Shown here piece by piece: positions 23,697-35,902 of a DNA stretch of 64,000 nucleotides (positions within the stretch are counted from its first letter, which is position 1; every line of letters begins with the position of its first letter). This DNA comes from Marsupella aquatica (lineage: Eukaryota > Plantae > Marchantiophyta), in assembly GCA_973895155.1 (NCBI GenBank), contig OZ316897.1, positions 11,555,832-11,619,831 of the forward strand, given 5' to 3'. A program made the translations under genes and the position numbers. The notes below the pieces were generated by a model. That model saw only the letters and a program-made list of their open reading frames with translations, made no database searches and was not told the origin of the DNA.

Positions 23697-26579
23697 TTAT
23701 GAACTCATGTCTGGCTCCCTAGGATTGCTGTTCTTTATCAAGGTACGGAAGAGCCAGTCTTTGATAATCTTAACAAATTCGTCAGGAGTCTCTTCATGAG
23801 GCAAATGTCCACAGTTCTTTATGCGCTTGAATTCTGCATTAGGAAACACTTTCGCCAGATTCTCGCTGTTCCAATCGGGGACAATTCGATCCGTGTCTCC
23901 TGTCACCACCAACACTGCAAACAGGCCGACCACGGAAGAGAAACGATGTCTGAGATCGCTGAGATAAACACAAACTACTTTAAAAAGGTATCAATGAGTG
24001 CGGTTCTGATGGCCTCTGGTAAATTTCGTCCTGTTGCCAACCTGCCTGCGGCCCATAACCTTTTTGCCATAAGCCCACTGTCATCAGTGTGCTTTCATGC
24101 CACAGTAATAAATTCTTTAGGCAAATTTCTAAAGACCCTTGAACCCTAAACCCTGGAAAGACATTTAGCATTAGGTTTCTGAATAGCAATTTTCCATCCG
24201 CTTTTGCAAATTCTAGGTGGCCAACAACTTGCAGTGCAGAATCAGACGCACCTGGGCACTTGACATCTTGGAGCTTCTTCTTTCCAGAAGCTTCCTCCTC
24301 TGTTTTATCTATAAGAGCTAGACAATACTCCAACAATGCTCTTTCCCAATCTCGACATTGGAGAGGCTGCAACCAAAACGTCGATGTCGAGGTCAGAGGG
24401 AAATGTTGCAATACCGAGGCTTGAGATCGTAGACAAAAGCAACACAATGTTCCACCTCAATCTCCTCTGTGCAGCTGTAAGGAAATAGGGTTAAAGCGAG
24501 GTTAGCTCAAACATTACCCTGGTGTAGCCATCCAAGATATACTTGTCTGCTTTCAAGCCATCGTAGAAAGCGTAGCGCACAGCCCAAGGGCCACCCTTAT
24601 CCATAATTCTACGAACCTGTTCCCCAGTCGATCGACAACATTAAACTTGATCCCTCGTTGAAGGATTCCTCATCAAATACACAGATCAGAGCAATGAAGA
24701 CTCAACTCGACGTAGGGCAGCTCTCAGATGAGCCAACTGTTTTTGTCAAGAATTGCTAACGAAAGGAGTCAACAAATTTCGTCCTCGATTCTGAATCATG
24801 TCACAGAATCCAGAAGTGGTGCTTACCAACCATACCGCCGGTGGAGATCGAAATAAAAATCCTAGGAGCTTGTTGAGGAGCAGCTGCACAAATTTCTTGA
24901 CCATACTCAGAAAGCCTTTTAACTTCACCCAGATCCATAGAAGAGCGGCCCGAAATTTAGAAAAGAAGTCAGTTCTTTCATTTTTCATCTCCCCCTCGAG
25001 TGTACTTTCCTGTTGGGCGGCCTGCCTAGAATAAGCAATCTGCTGCATAACAAGTGGGGCAACCACTGCAGGCGCCACCAATATCAACGCTGCTATTTTC
25101 TCTGGGGCCTCAAAGTACGCGTCAACCGCTACTAAACTTCCTGCTGAGTGCCTGGCCCCTTCCCCATTCATCAACATCGTCCAATTGAGCTCCTGATGGA
25201 GAAAGACCTCTGCTAAAATCTCTCACATGACCTGTAGCTTCTGAGTTCTGGCAGGATACCAGTTCTTACATTTCAATGAAGGGATGATCTTCCAATGTAA
25301 ACCACACCGTAGACGTCTAGAGCTTGTTGGAAAATGTGGAATCAAACAAAAAGCTTATCAAAGGATTTTCAAAACTGTTCCCGGGTTAGATTCGCTAAAG
25401 ACACTTGCAACTTGTGAAGCTATATAGCACTAGCAGTCTGTAATTAAATCCAATCATCACGTCGGTCAAGATCCAACCATAATTTTGATGTTCAGACTCG
25501 TGCGGCGCATTTAAAATCCTGCTTGACCATATAACGAATTGATTTTTGATTCTTGCAGCCTATTTCATTCGTATTCATGCACGGACAAATGTAGGGGGCA
25601 GGGAACCATTCAGTTGCCTAGGTCACTGAGCGAAATTCACTGCTGTCGGTCTTCTTTCCATCTAACAACAAGACAACCACTTTGACGGTGACTTGCTTTG
25701 CAGTAAAGATAAATCCAAAATGAAGAAATTCGGGATATAATAAGAGAAGGGGAATTGCGGCAAATACCCAATCACTATCGCTTGGTCGGACTTCAGGAAA
25801 TCTATGAATGCCAGAGTAGCTGCAGCAGAGAAAGCTACGGTGTAGGCATTTTTGAACTTCTGCCGTGATTCCTTTCCTGCGGAGGAGGAAGAACTCGGAA
25901 ATGTGCGAGATGTGAACCCAAAAGCTGGCCGGTCAAATGCAAGTACAGCAGCGCCTAGCATCTCCGCCAGCTTAGGCATCACCCTCTCCCACGAGAATAA
26001 CGATGCCCCAAATCCATGCAAAAGAATTGCAGGAAGGGTCACTTTCTGTTCATCAGTCTGGTCATTTGCAACATCAGCAGCGACAGCAGGAGAAGAAGAA
26101 TGTGTATCCCAAACAGTACCCGGACGGGATATTTTATGGTGGATCTGTACGCCATAGTATTCAGCAAACCGGCTGTCTGGATCAGCAAGGAGGTGTGGCT
26201 CCAGGAGCTGTGTCTGGTCCACTCCAGCAATGAGCCGTTTCAGCTTCTCCTTGACTACCTCTTTCTTTGCCTGCTCCGAATTCAGCCCTTCCTCACCACT
26301 CTGCCCCAAAGATTCATCACCCACAAGAGGCCCTGTAGAACTGATTGCTCTGATGGGCAAAGCTGGGCCCCTCCTCAGCTGAGAAGTCCTCCTTCCCTTT
26401 TCTTGCTGTCGGATGCATTTCTCGATCAGTGAAGCTGCGTTGCGATGCTTCTGTGTTAGTGCAGAGAAAGACGTTCGTAGCTGAGCTGCCGCTGGTCTGC
26501 AACTGGAAGCAAAGAAAATCAGCTTCTGGTCCTGCAAGGAGAGAAAGGAGGGACAAAGGAGGGTCAGAGGGACGGTCAT
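23697..26579 (-). CDS. Alpha/beta-hydrolase fold protein (Abhydrolase_1/6, MhpC-like), 522 aa, with a probable N-terminal transit peptide
   Basis: Exons 26579-25768, 25151-24827, 24616-24518, 24366-24252, 23914-23697 (1569 nt, in phase). Motifs LLHGFGAS and AFDRPAFGFTSR; nucleophile elbow GHSAG split across intron 1; acid GDTD; catalytic His in CGHLPHEE. Confidence 0.92.
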
Positions 26580-27311
26580 GTTTCTTCCCCGAATCCCCTC
26601 CTTCTCAGCTCTCCCACCTTCTCTCTACTTCGCTGCACTCTCACAATATCGCGATATCCTATGAGAGTCTCTTTCTGTTCTCTTTTCCTCTGCTTCAGAA
26701 ATCTCTCTTCGTGTCCAGACGTAGGAAGTGCATCTGTTGGGATTTCTAAGTTTCCGGCTCTTTTCTTCTCGCTCTTCTGTGACGGATTGGCCAGAATGTT
26801 ACCATATGGATACAGGGATTGCAATTGATTGCCCTGATCTCTTATCTCCAATTGATTCCCCTGATCGCTTCAAATTCGCTTTCTCTGTATTCAAAGGACG
26901 AGAAGATCTTCTCTTGCAGAAGAGTACTGAGTTTCCTGTGTTGGCTCTCTCTCACAAAAGCGAAAGTCTACTCTCTCAGAATCTGGTTATTCTGGCTATC
27001 CTCTTTTTCGCAATGCCAACGAATTGATCTGTTTGACAGAAACTGAGTGCTCCATCTTCCATCCAACTTTCAGCCCCACATGAAGAGTTGTGCTCTACCA
27101 CACTTCGAGGTTTGAACACTCGTTCAAACCCAACACTTCTGTTCTCTTAACTTCAAAAAAAGGCTTTGTGTTTCTGATTACTTAAAATGGACGGGAAGGA
27201 GAGCCTGATTAGTTATGTGCTTCTTAACTTTTAAAAAAAAGGCTTTGTGCTTCTGATTAATTAAGATGGACTGGAAGGAGAGACTCATATTGACTTGACC
27301 AATGGATTACA

Positions 27312-27530
27312 GGCTGTGGTCAATTGGCCAGGGGATTAGCCTAGAACCGAGAGGTCCCAGGTTCAATCCCCCCTCCGCACGCAAGGGGTGGGGAAGGTAT
27401 GTGTGTGTGGAGTGTAATGATGGGAGTCCTGGTTTCTACTCAGCCCCTAGCTGGTCTGCATTGGGGCCATGGTTCAACCCTCTTTCCCTCCTAGTCTGGT
27501 CCTGTTGGATCTTGGATATTGTCCCCTTGT
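27312..27530 (+). mobile_element. tRNA-Pro-derived SINE-like element
   Basis: A-box-like tggtcaattgg; gagaggtcccaggttcaatcc resembles the variable/T-arm of plant tRNA-Pro. The body matches minus-strand copies at 37190-37295, 38103-38300, 38710-38930 and 38985-39150. Confidence 0.6.
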
Positions 27531-27537
27531 GGCTACC

Positions 27538-27619
27538 CTACATAAAATCTCATGTTGTGGAACAGGAAGTCTATCCTCTACATAAAATCTCATGTTGTGG
27601 AACAGGAAGTCTATCCTCT
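27538..27619. repeat. 40-bp perfect tandem duplication
   Basis: ctacataaaatctcatgttgtggaacaggaagtctatcct occurs twice. Confidence 0.9.
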
Positions 27620-30563
27620 GCTACAGTAGATAGGCTTGCTAGATGGGCCTGCTTTTGGCTTTCAAGGCCAAAAAAAAAAAACCAAGGCAACTCCTAGGTG
27701 GACAGAATATTCCTGTCTAATCTAAGTAATTTGGTGGATTATGGAAACCTACATTCTGCAGTCTATTGTCTAGAGTGAAACTTCACTTTAGACCATCACT
27801 TTGGGTGGGGGCAAGTTTTGAGGCCAGGCAAAAGGTGAAGAAGGCAATTGAGGGCATGAGCAAAGCTTGGGCAGTCAGGCTAGTAGTAGTAGTAGGGGAT
27901 CTCATAGTTTACTATTTAAGGATTCGTAACTCACCTGTTAAAATTATTGCCAGAAGTGCTAAGGACCATCAAATTGGTGAGTTAGTTTCTTGACCAACAG
28001 CTCACCATATAGCATGTTCATCTTGGAACATGCTACATTTTTTTTGTTTTTTTGGTGAAATGCAGGTGATCTAAAATTTTTGTGGCAAATATAAACAGGA
28101 TATTGATTAGGAAGGCTGATATTGAAAAGTTGTGCACATAAAGTACAAGTGTAAAAGTACACATGTAAAGAAAAATAATAATGAACAGGAAAAGTTTAAG
28201 TCTATGGTATTGGGTTGTGCACATACTATACACCAGTAGAGATACTTATATACTTACCTTAGGTAATGACACTCAACTGCATTAAAACCATAAATTTAGG
28301 ACAGAACTTAAAGACACAAGGAGTGCACTTTATTTAGATTATTTCTTCTTCACTCATCAGAATAAGGGCTAGAATTTTGTGAGCTCTGTATAGGTTGGAT
28401 GATCAAATATAGCAAAGACTACAAAATTTAAAGGGGTGCCAGAATAAATTCAAAATCTAAACTATACAAGGGATGCACCTTGGTAAGACACATTGAATTA
28501 AAAATACATAATAAAAGAAGTTTCAATAAGACAAAATACTGGAAGGTGCATTCCACCAGCAGTTTCATAATTTCCGGTGAGTTAATTTCTTGACCGAACA
28601 GCTCACCATAAGTTGTACGTGAGCACAGCACAGAACCTAGCCAAACTATTGGGAAAAGTACCCTGGCTTGATCATGGAGAAGCTTTAGGCCCAAATCAGT
28701 GCTTCCTTGCTATGCAAAGTTTTGCACAATTGCCACCAGGTGAAGGGGCTTGCCAATGATACAACAAGGTTTTTTTAAAAGTTTAAGTGACTATTCATCA
28801 CAATCAATGGTCCAGATGTGACTGAACGTTGATCTAACATGCATAATGTGGCCATAGAAAATTTTTGCTAAGCCTTGGCCCAACATACAAAAGGAAACCA
28901 TGGCTCAAACAGTTGTGGAAGAAACCCACCCACAATAAAACTCCAGCTTTGACATTCCCTCATATTGCACAGTTTATTACTCGTAAGTGAATTTCAACAA
29001 AATCCCAGGATACCCTATGCAATCAAGTGGCACCATCACAATGCAAAGTGATGGTGCGGGCTAAAAATATGGCTAAGGTGATGAAAAATCACAATGAAAA
29101 TGTTTGAAAGTATCACTAGGATTGGAATATAGGGTTACGGACACATTGCTGGCTAACAAGAAATATACAATACTGTGCAATAACAAAATATGAAGTACGA
29201 AATGGATTTCATTAGCGAAACCTCAAGCTACACAACTACAGTAGTGCATTGAAGAGAAAACTATATTTTTTTGGAGTTTAAAGTAGACAGTGCCTAATGG
29301 CTACCACATGTGTGGCACATACATACAACACGAATTGAACCAGAGACCAGCTGGAACAGAATTTGGTGGGTCACACAGTGCCTGTGTTTCATAGCTATTG
29401 ATGAAAGTTTCAAGAAGCCAGATAGAGTTTGTACTGCAGTATTGGAGAGTAAACTCAAGGTTTATCAAAATCCAAAGTTGTGACTGATGTCTCACATCTC
29501 TAGTGTCCTCATTTGTTTTCTTCCCACCCATCATGCACAAATAATGACAGGGGTTTTAATTGGCTTTAGTGAAAGCCTTATGCCTTTGGAGATTTTATAT
29601 CCAATTTGGGGCATTTTTAGTTAAGATGAGGCTTCTACAAGACTCAATATTTCCTAGAGATTATTGGGGTAAAAATAAATTCTCTTGTTTAGTACTCCAA
29701 AATGTTGCACTTGATATGAGACCCCCTTTGGAGTGAGCACGTACCAGAGCTCAAATGAAGCCCAACTCCTTTGTATTTACAGATTTATTTGTACATTATA
29801 CAGGTCATATGCCCATGAGCCCAAATAAAGTGGGCTCTAGTCACTTGGAGGCAGGGGCCAAAGAAATCAACCTCAAAGGAAAATGCCATGAGAGGCCATA
29901 AACAACAAAGACCACTCTCCCTAACAGAACAGATCTATCCTCTCTCACCCCAAACCAAAAATTAAAAGTCCCTCATGCCAACCACGCTCCACCCCCCCCT
30001 AACCCACAACAATAAGAGAAAATTTGCCTTTCCCACAAATGCCGTCTCATTCTTGTCTGAATTTAAGCAGAAAATCCCCTTCTGTTAAATTGGAGTGTAA
30101 GGGGAATTGAGTGGTAAGCATGTGTTAAGGGTTTAGAGCTCAGGCAACATTTATAGGGGTCGTAGCTTGTTCGAGACTAGTACTTGGATGAATTGGAGAA
30201 TGCTTTCCCCACATTTTTGAAGTAGCTGTTGCATTGAAAGCCCATTTAGCATTTATTAATAAAATATACCCATACAATGTAAACAATACACATTTATTTA
30301 GAAATTTAAGCCTCCATGGTGCAAGAAGTCATTTTGGGGATGAACCACCATGTTCAGTCTAAGGACTACTAATCTAAACAATGCACTTAAAAGAGGAAGT
30401 GAGGTCATATAGCACAGCATGTTTATTCTCTCTCCTACAATACATTACGCTGAGGTGGTTGATTTTGGGGCCTCTATTCAAATCTATCCTTGTGACCCTC
30501 CTTTTGAGTTTACCCCTGAGCTCTACTAAGCTTTAATTCAGTTTGTGGCTGAGTAGAGCTTTA

Positions 30564-30945
30564 CACTGTTCACCGTAATTAGTGTGAGTAACACTAATTC
30601 AAGAGCGCCCATTTTTAGGGTCTACTCGCGAATTAGTGTTAGTCACACTAATTTTGTGCTAACACTATTTTCGCGCACATGAATTAGTGTTACTATGGTC
30701 TTAAAAGTGGCAAAATACAAAGAAAAAAACTATTTTAAAAAATCCACAACAATTAGTGTTACTTTGGACTAGAGATCATCCGTTTTTTACAAGCAATTTA
30801 AACTAAACTGAAAAAAATTCATTTTGAAAACCGACAAAAATTAGTGTTACTTGGACTCAAAATCATTTTTACCAAAATTAGTGTTAGTAACATTAATTTT
30901 GTACTAACACTAATTCTTGCATAACACTAATTACGGTGAACAGTG
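30564..30945. mobile_element. MITE (Tc1/mariner-type, TA target duplication), copy 1, 382 bp
   Basis: 22-bp perfect TIR cactgttcaccgtaattagtgt, TA on both flanks, no ORF, many internal aattagtgtta motifs. Confidence 0.92.
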
Positions 30946-33900
30946 TAGTTCTTTGGCAGTTTGGTCTCTTGTGCTTTTTCGCTCTTAGGTTTCCTTGTTT
31001 TTCTAGCTGGTGTTTCCCCTTGTTTGGAAATTTTGCTTTTGGGATCCTGTCTCCTAGTCAGGTGCTTTTCGTTCTTTTGCAGTGATTTAGGAAGCGAGGT
31101 CATACATTTAGCATGCTTATTTTAATGTCTATTTTAACTTATTAAAAATATATAAAATCTATATTATCATATCATAATTAAATCTGTATAACTAATCGCA
31201 AACAGAAGCTATGATTTGGGTGTAGACATCTAGAGTGAAGCCTCTAGACGGTAACTCTAGATAAAAGAAAACTAAAAGTGAAGTGCATACCAAAAACAAA
31301 GATGGGCAAAGATGAGCAGGAAACATAGATTCTTTTGCTAGACTTGTGTTTGTCTTATTCTTTTACTTTCCAGGAACGATATTCAGGCCAGTTTATTAAA
31401 AGATTCATTTTTTTGGTAGAAAGCAATGTAAATGAAAATGAATGTATTGTAAAGTTTCAAGTTGGAGGAGAATCTAGGCACATCAAGCTCGAACTGACGA
31501 ACTGTGTGCACGAGGCAGCTGTGAGGCGTGGGCAGGGGTTGCGGGCCACCACACGGTTATAAATTAAATTGTATTACTAATTTGCTATGAAAACCTACTT
31601 TTATGGTCTAAGTTTAAAATGAAATCTTTACTGTAGATTGTAACTCGGCATGCGTCATTTAAGTTTGGAGAGTGCACAGGGACAAATCATAAATTAGTGT
31701 GAATAAGAAAAGTCTTTTCTTGCACTTGTTTCATTAACTCAGTGATATTTACATTGTAAAGAATGGATAATCAGGCTAGTATAATGTAAGGATTGATAAC
31801 TAAGAAGGACATGGGTTGTGGTCATCCTTTGGGATTGAGAGGTTGAGAGATCAAGACCTACCCTCCTCTAGCATTTTAATAAAGATGTAGGGTAAACAAT
31901 CAAATTGGAGGCAGGCTATGGCAGGGTTTGACATGGGCAGAGAAAGAAATGAGATGACGTCTTTGGATTTACAATGATTGACAATATCAATGCATATTAA
32001 TGTCAAAATCCGTACGACTTGTGATATGGCTGCCCGCAGCCATTGCCCGACGCTAGAACAAATATAATTACAATTAAAAGAGCCTCACCAGCTGTGCAGT
32101 AGATGCTCCCTGAGTGGTAGTCGAGTAGACTTAGGCCCAACAGGGCAGGGGTTCGAAACCTGCCTGGCACAGTTCTTCTTTGTAACAAACCCCACCCAAA
32201 AGTGGGGTTCATTCATTAACTTTGACACTTAGAAAAAATTTACGTCCACATTTTTTCGCGGGCAGCCAATGGGGATGGTTGCAGGCAGGGAGTGTGCGAG
32301 GCTCATTAATGAGCCTCGATATTGTCATTCGCGCGAATGTCTTTGGGAAGTTCAATTAATGTCAAAATAGAGAAAATTGCAAAGACAACAGCCCTACAAT
32401 CTTCCCCCGAACACAATCTTATGGCCTTGTATTTGAATAGTGGGCCATGGGGTGCTCCATTCGAATAGTGCGCCCAGTGTGTTGTATTCAAGTTTTTAAC
32501 TATGTGTTTTCATTTTTTGTATTTGCAGGGCGTTGTGTTTGAAAATGGGCGTTGTGTTTGAATATTGGCATTGACATATGTTTCTAGGATTTTTTACTAT
32601 TTGTGCTCAATGTAAAATAATTTAGGGTCACATTTCGGACAGAATGCCAATATTCAAACACAATGCGCGGCTGGGCATTTTGTTAAAATGACATTGTGTT
32701 TGAAGAAAAAATACATTTTCTTATGGAGGTCACCTAAAAAATCCATTTCTGAACACAATGCCCGGGCACTGCATTTGGAGGAAGACACTAGTAGGCAGAA
32801 CTTAAAGTATAAACCAATAAAGTTGAGTTGGGAGAACATACATGCTCAAATACTTCAGAGACTTGGTTTACTCTAAGTCATTTTTCAATTACTTCACAAG
32901 TATCTTGATGAGAAAATGTATTTATGGCTAAACTGAGCTCTTGGGGGGGGGGGGGGGGGTTGGGTTGTCACTTCCATGAAAGTGGCACATGAGGTGCGAC
33001 AAAATATAGACCCATTTAAATGGGTGCAACAAAAGACTTCCAAAGTTTTGTTGAAGAACAGATAGAGCATATTTTATTGATTGGTAGGCTTTAAAGAACA
33101 AACAGGCCTATTTAATTACGGACCCCACTAGAGGTCCCTTCCAAAATTCCTGGCACCACAGCGTGCCACGTCAACAACAACTGCAACAAACAAGATTCGT
33201 CGATTTTGTGAATCAAAATTATAGTTTTCATTCGTGTTTGTGTCAATTTGGGTGTAAATTTTGGAACGCCGTGCCATAAAAAGGAAAGTAAAAACATTGG
33301 AAATGCAAAGAGCAATACGGTTAAAACTGTCACTATGTAACCGTTTTAGTTACATTCCAATTTTAAAATTTAAATTCAAAGATTTATAAAAAGTATTTTT
33401 CATATAATAAATAATGACTAATAACTAACTTGATAACTTACTTGTTAAACCACAACTCCCGGTATGTAAGGACCTCTCGTATTGTACGGCCATTAACGTT
33501 GGGAAGAGCACATAGAAACCCAGGATCGGGGAGGAGGAATGGCTGGAATCTTGAAAGTTCATCGAATTTTATACTCAAAACTATTTACTCATTCTCAAAA
33601 CAAAAAATACCCAGTCGTAGATCTCATTGAGATCTTTCTTTTGCACCCTAGATCGCCTTCTAACATGGATGAATAAGATTTCTAGAGGCATTACAAAATG
33701 GACGGCAAAGATCATAAAATCAACAAAATCGACGGCTAGGGAGGCTTGGATTTGTTTAATTTTTCATTTGAAAAATATTAACCCATTTGCGAAACGGACA
33801 GAACCCATCCATAGATCTATTTGAGATCTTTCTTTTGAGCCATAGATTGGCCATTATGATGGACGGACGAGATTTCCGGAGATAAGAAATGGAGACGGCT

Positions 33901-34305
33901 CAGATCGACTCTTGCCCCTGATTTTATCAGCCAAGAGGTCCACGAACTAATTGTAAAAAATACTTCCTTTAATTTTTTAGGGGTTAAGGCTAGGGAAATG
34001 GGGTTGGGGGTGGCAGGGATGAAAGAGCAATTAAATAATCCTTGGTCACAAGTAGTGAGAGATGCAGTGAGAGATGCAGCCTTGAACCTCAAACCTAGTG
34101 TCCCAAGTCCCAATCTTCTGGTCACTTGAGCTGGACCACTACTGTAGGCCCCTCTTAATTGATTTCCCTAGGAAATCTTGATTATGTCCAATAAAGTTCT
34201 TTAATCTTAACGTGAGATATCAATCCCTCTTACGAGCCCTCTTACCCTCAAGATGTTGGATTTAATAGTATCCTTTTCCCAAAATTGCTCAAAATTACTA
34301 AGCTA

Positions 34306-34687
34306 CACTGTTCACCGTAATTAGTGTTATGCAAGAATTAGTGTTAGTACAAAATTAGTGTTACTAACACTAATTTTGGTAAAAATGATTTTGAGTCCAA
34401 GTAACACTAATTTTTATCGGTTTTCAAAATGAATTTTTTTCAGTTTAGTTTAAATTGCTTGTAAAAAATGGACGATCTCTAGTCCAAAGTAACACTAATT
34501 GTTGTGGATTTTTTAAAATAGTTTTTTCCTTTGTATTTTGCCACTTTTAAGACCATAGTAACACTAATTCATGTGCGCGAATATAGTGTTAGCACAAAAT
34601 TAGTGTGACTAACACTAATTCACAAGTAGACCCTGAAAATGGGCGCTCTTGAATTAGTGTTAGTCACACTAATTACGGTGAACAGTG
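34306..34687. mobile_element. MITE copy 2, 382 bp, inverted relative to copy 1
   Basis: Reverse complement of 30564-30945 with about 10 substitutions (counted by eye); same TIRs and TA flanks. Confidence 0.92.
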
Positions 34688-35699
34688 TACCTTTATCATA
34701 TTCCCCCTTTTGTATGTGGGTTGGATTAACTCAGCTAGACTAACTCAAGATGACACATGAGTGGTTCATTGACTCATGGAAGCTTGTGATTTCCCTAACC
34801 CCCTCTATTGATACCTTCTCCTTGGACCGGATTCCCCAGGCCATACGACACTCACTGGAACACGAGTGTTGACTACTGTCTACGACAACAAAAGATCACA
34901 TTTTGCCCCCCTCATATTCAGCACTTTGTGGCAGGAGGCAATCAGCTTGGATAAATTGTGAGCCTCCATGTGTATGCAGACCAATTACATGTTATCTCGG
35001 GTTAGTCTAGTCCTGTTAAGCCAACCCATATATAAAATGAAGGTTTCATAATTAAATTACTTTTAGAGGTACCTTACAACCAAAGAAAGAGTAGTCTCCA
35101 TGGCCTAAAATTAATGTTTTGATAAAATAAATGCTCTGAGGGACCAGCACAACCCAAATGCACCTAACCTTTTTCTATAGCCTCCGACAACATTTTTCCT
35201 TCGTAAAAGAACCCATACTGGTTGCAAGCTTCATGAGATAGTCCATCCAAGCATCACTTTTTAAAACCGGATATTCATATTTTTTCAGCAACCCTACTGT
35301 GATGAAACTTAACATGCAGTAATCTCCTGCCACCTCTCCTGTATGTATTGGTAATCCGCTTGCGTAGGCCGCCAGGTGGCTTGATTCTAGGGGCGGAAGG
35401 AGGTTCCACCACACCCCCGCGATCCACGTCAAAGCCTGTGAGACTGTGAGTGACCTGGCCCCGGTTCGAACCCCGGCACCCCGCCCATCATAAAGACCAA
35501 TGCGGTTCGAACCCCGCCCATCATAACGACCAATGATGACAGGTGACCAGCACTATGCCGTTTTGAAGAAGTTGGCGGGTGATCGAGACTTTGCACTGCG
35601 CAGAGTCGTCCCGCCGCGGAAAGACGAGATTGTCGGCGCCAGTGTCGGAAAAGAGAGATAAGGACGAAAAGAAATACGAAACGAGAGACGTTGGCTCTC

Positions 35700-35902
35700 G
35701 GCGAAAGGGACGGAATGACGAGAGAGAGTAGCGGGAAGAAGGACCTGGACGGGAGGGCCGACGTTCCAGGAAGGACGCCTAGAGAAAATGATAGAGAGGG
35801 CGAAAAGGACGGAATGAAGAGAGAGAGTAGCGGGAAGAAGGACCCGGACGGGAGGGCCGACGTTGGAGGAAGGACGCCTAGAGAACATGAGAGAGAGGGC
35901 GA
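35700..35902. repeat. 99-bp GC/purine-rich tandem duplication
   Basis: ggcgaaa.ggacggaatga.gagagagagtagcgggaagaaggacc... starts at 35700 and 35799. Confidence 0.9.

Noticed and set aside
32091-32172. Functional tRNA gene
   Set aside because: No proper D-arm or anticodon arm, and the T-stem is irregular; kept only as a tRNA-like relic
32285-32297. gcagggagtgtgc resembles the 3' end of the plant THIC TPP riboswitch
   Set aside because: The CUGAGA and GAACCUGA core elements are absent and no thiamine gene is nearby
34268-34277. GTATCCTTTT, a perfect U12-type donor
   Set aside because: Intergenic, with no upstream exon or U12 branch point found
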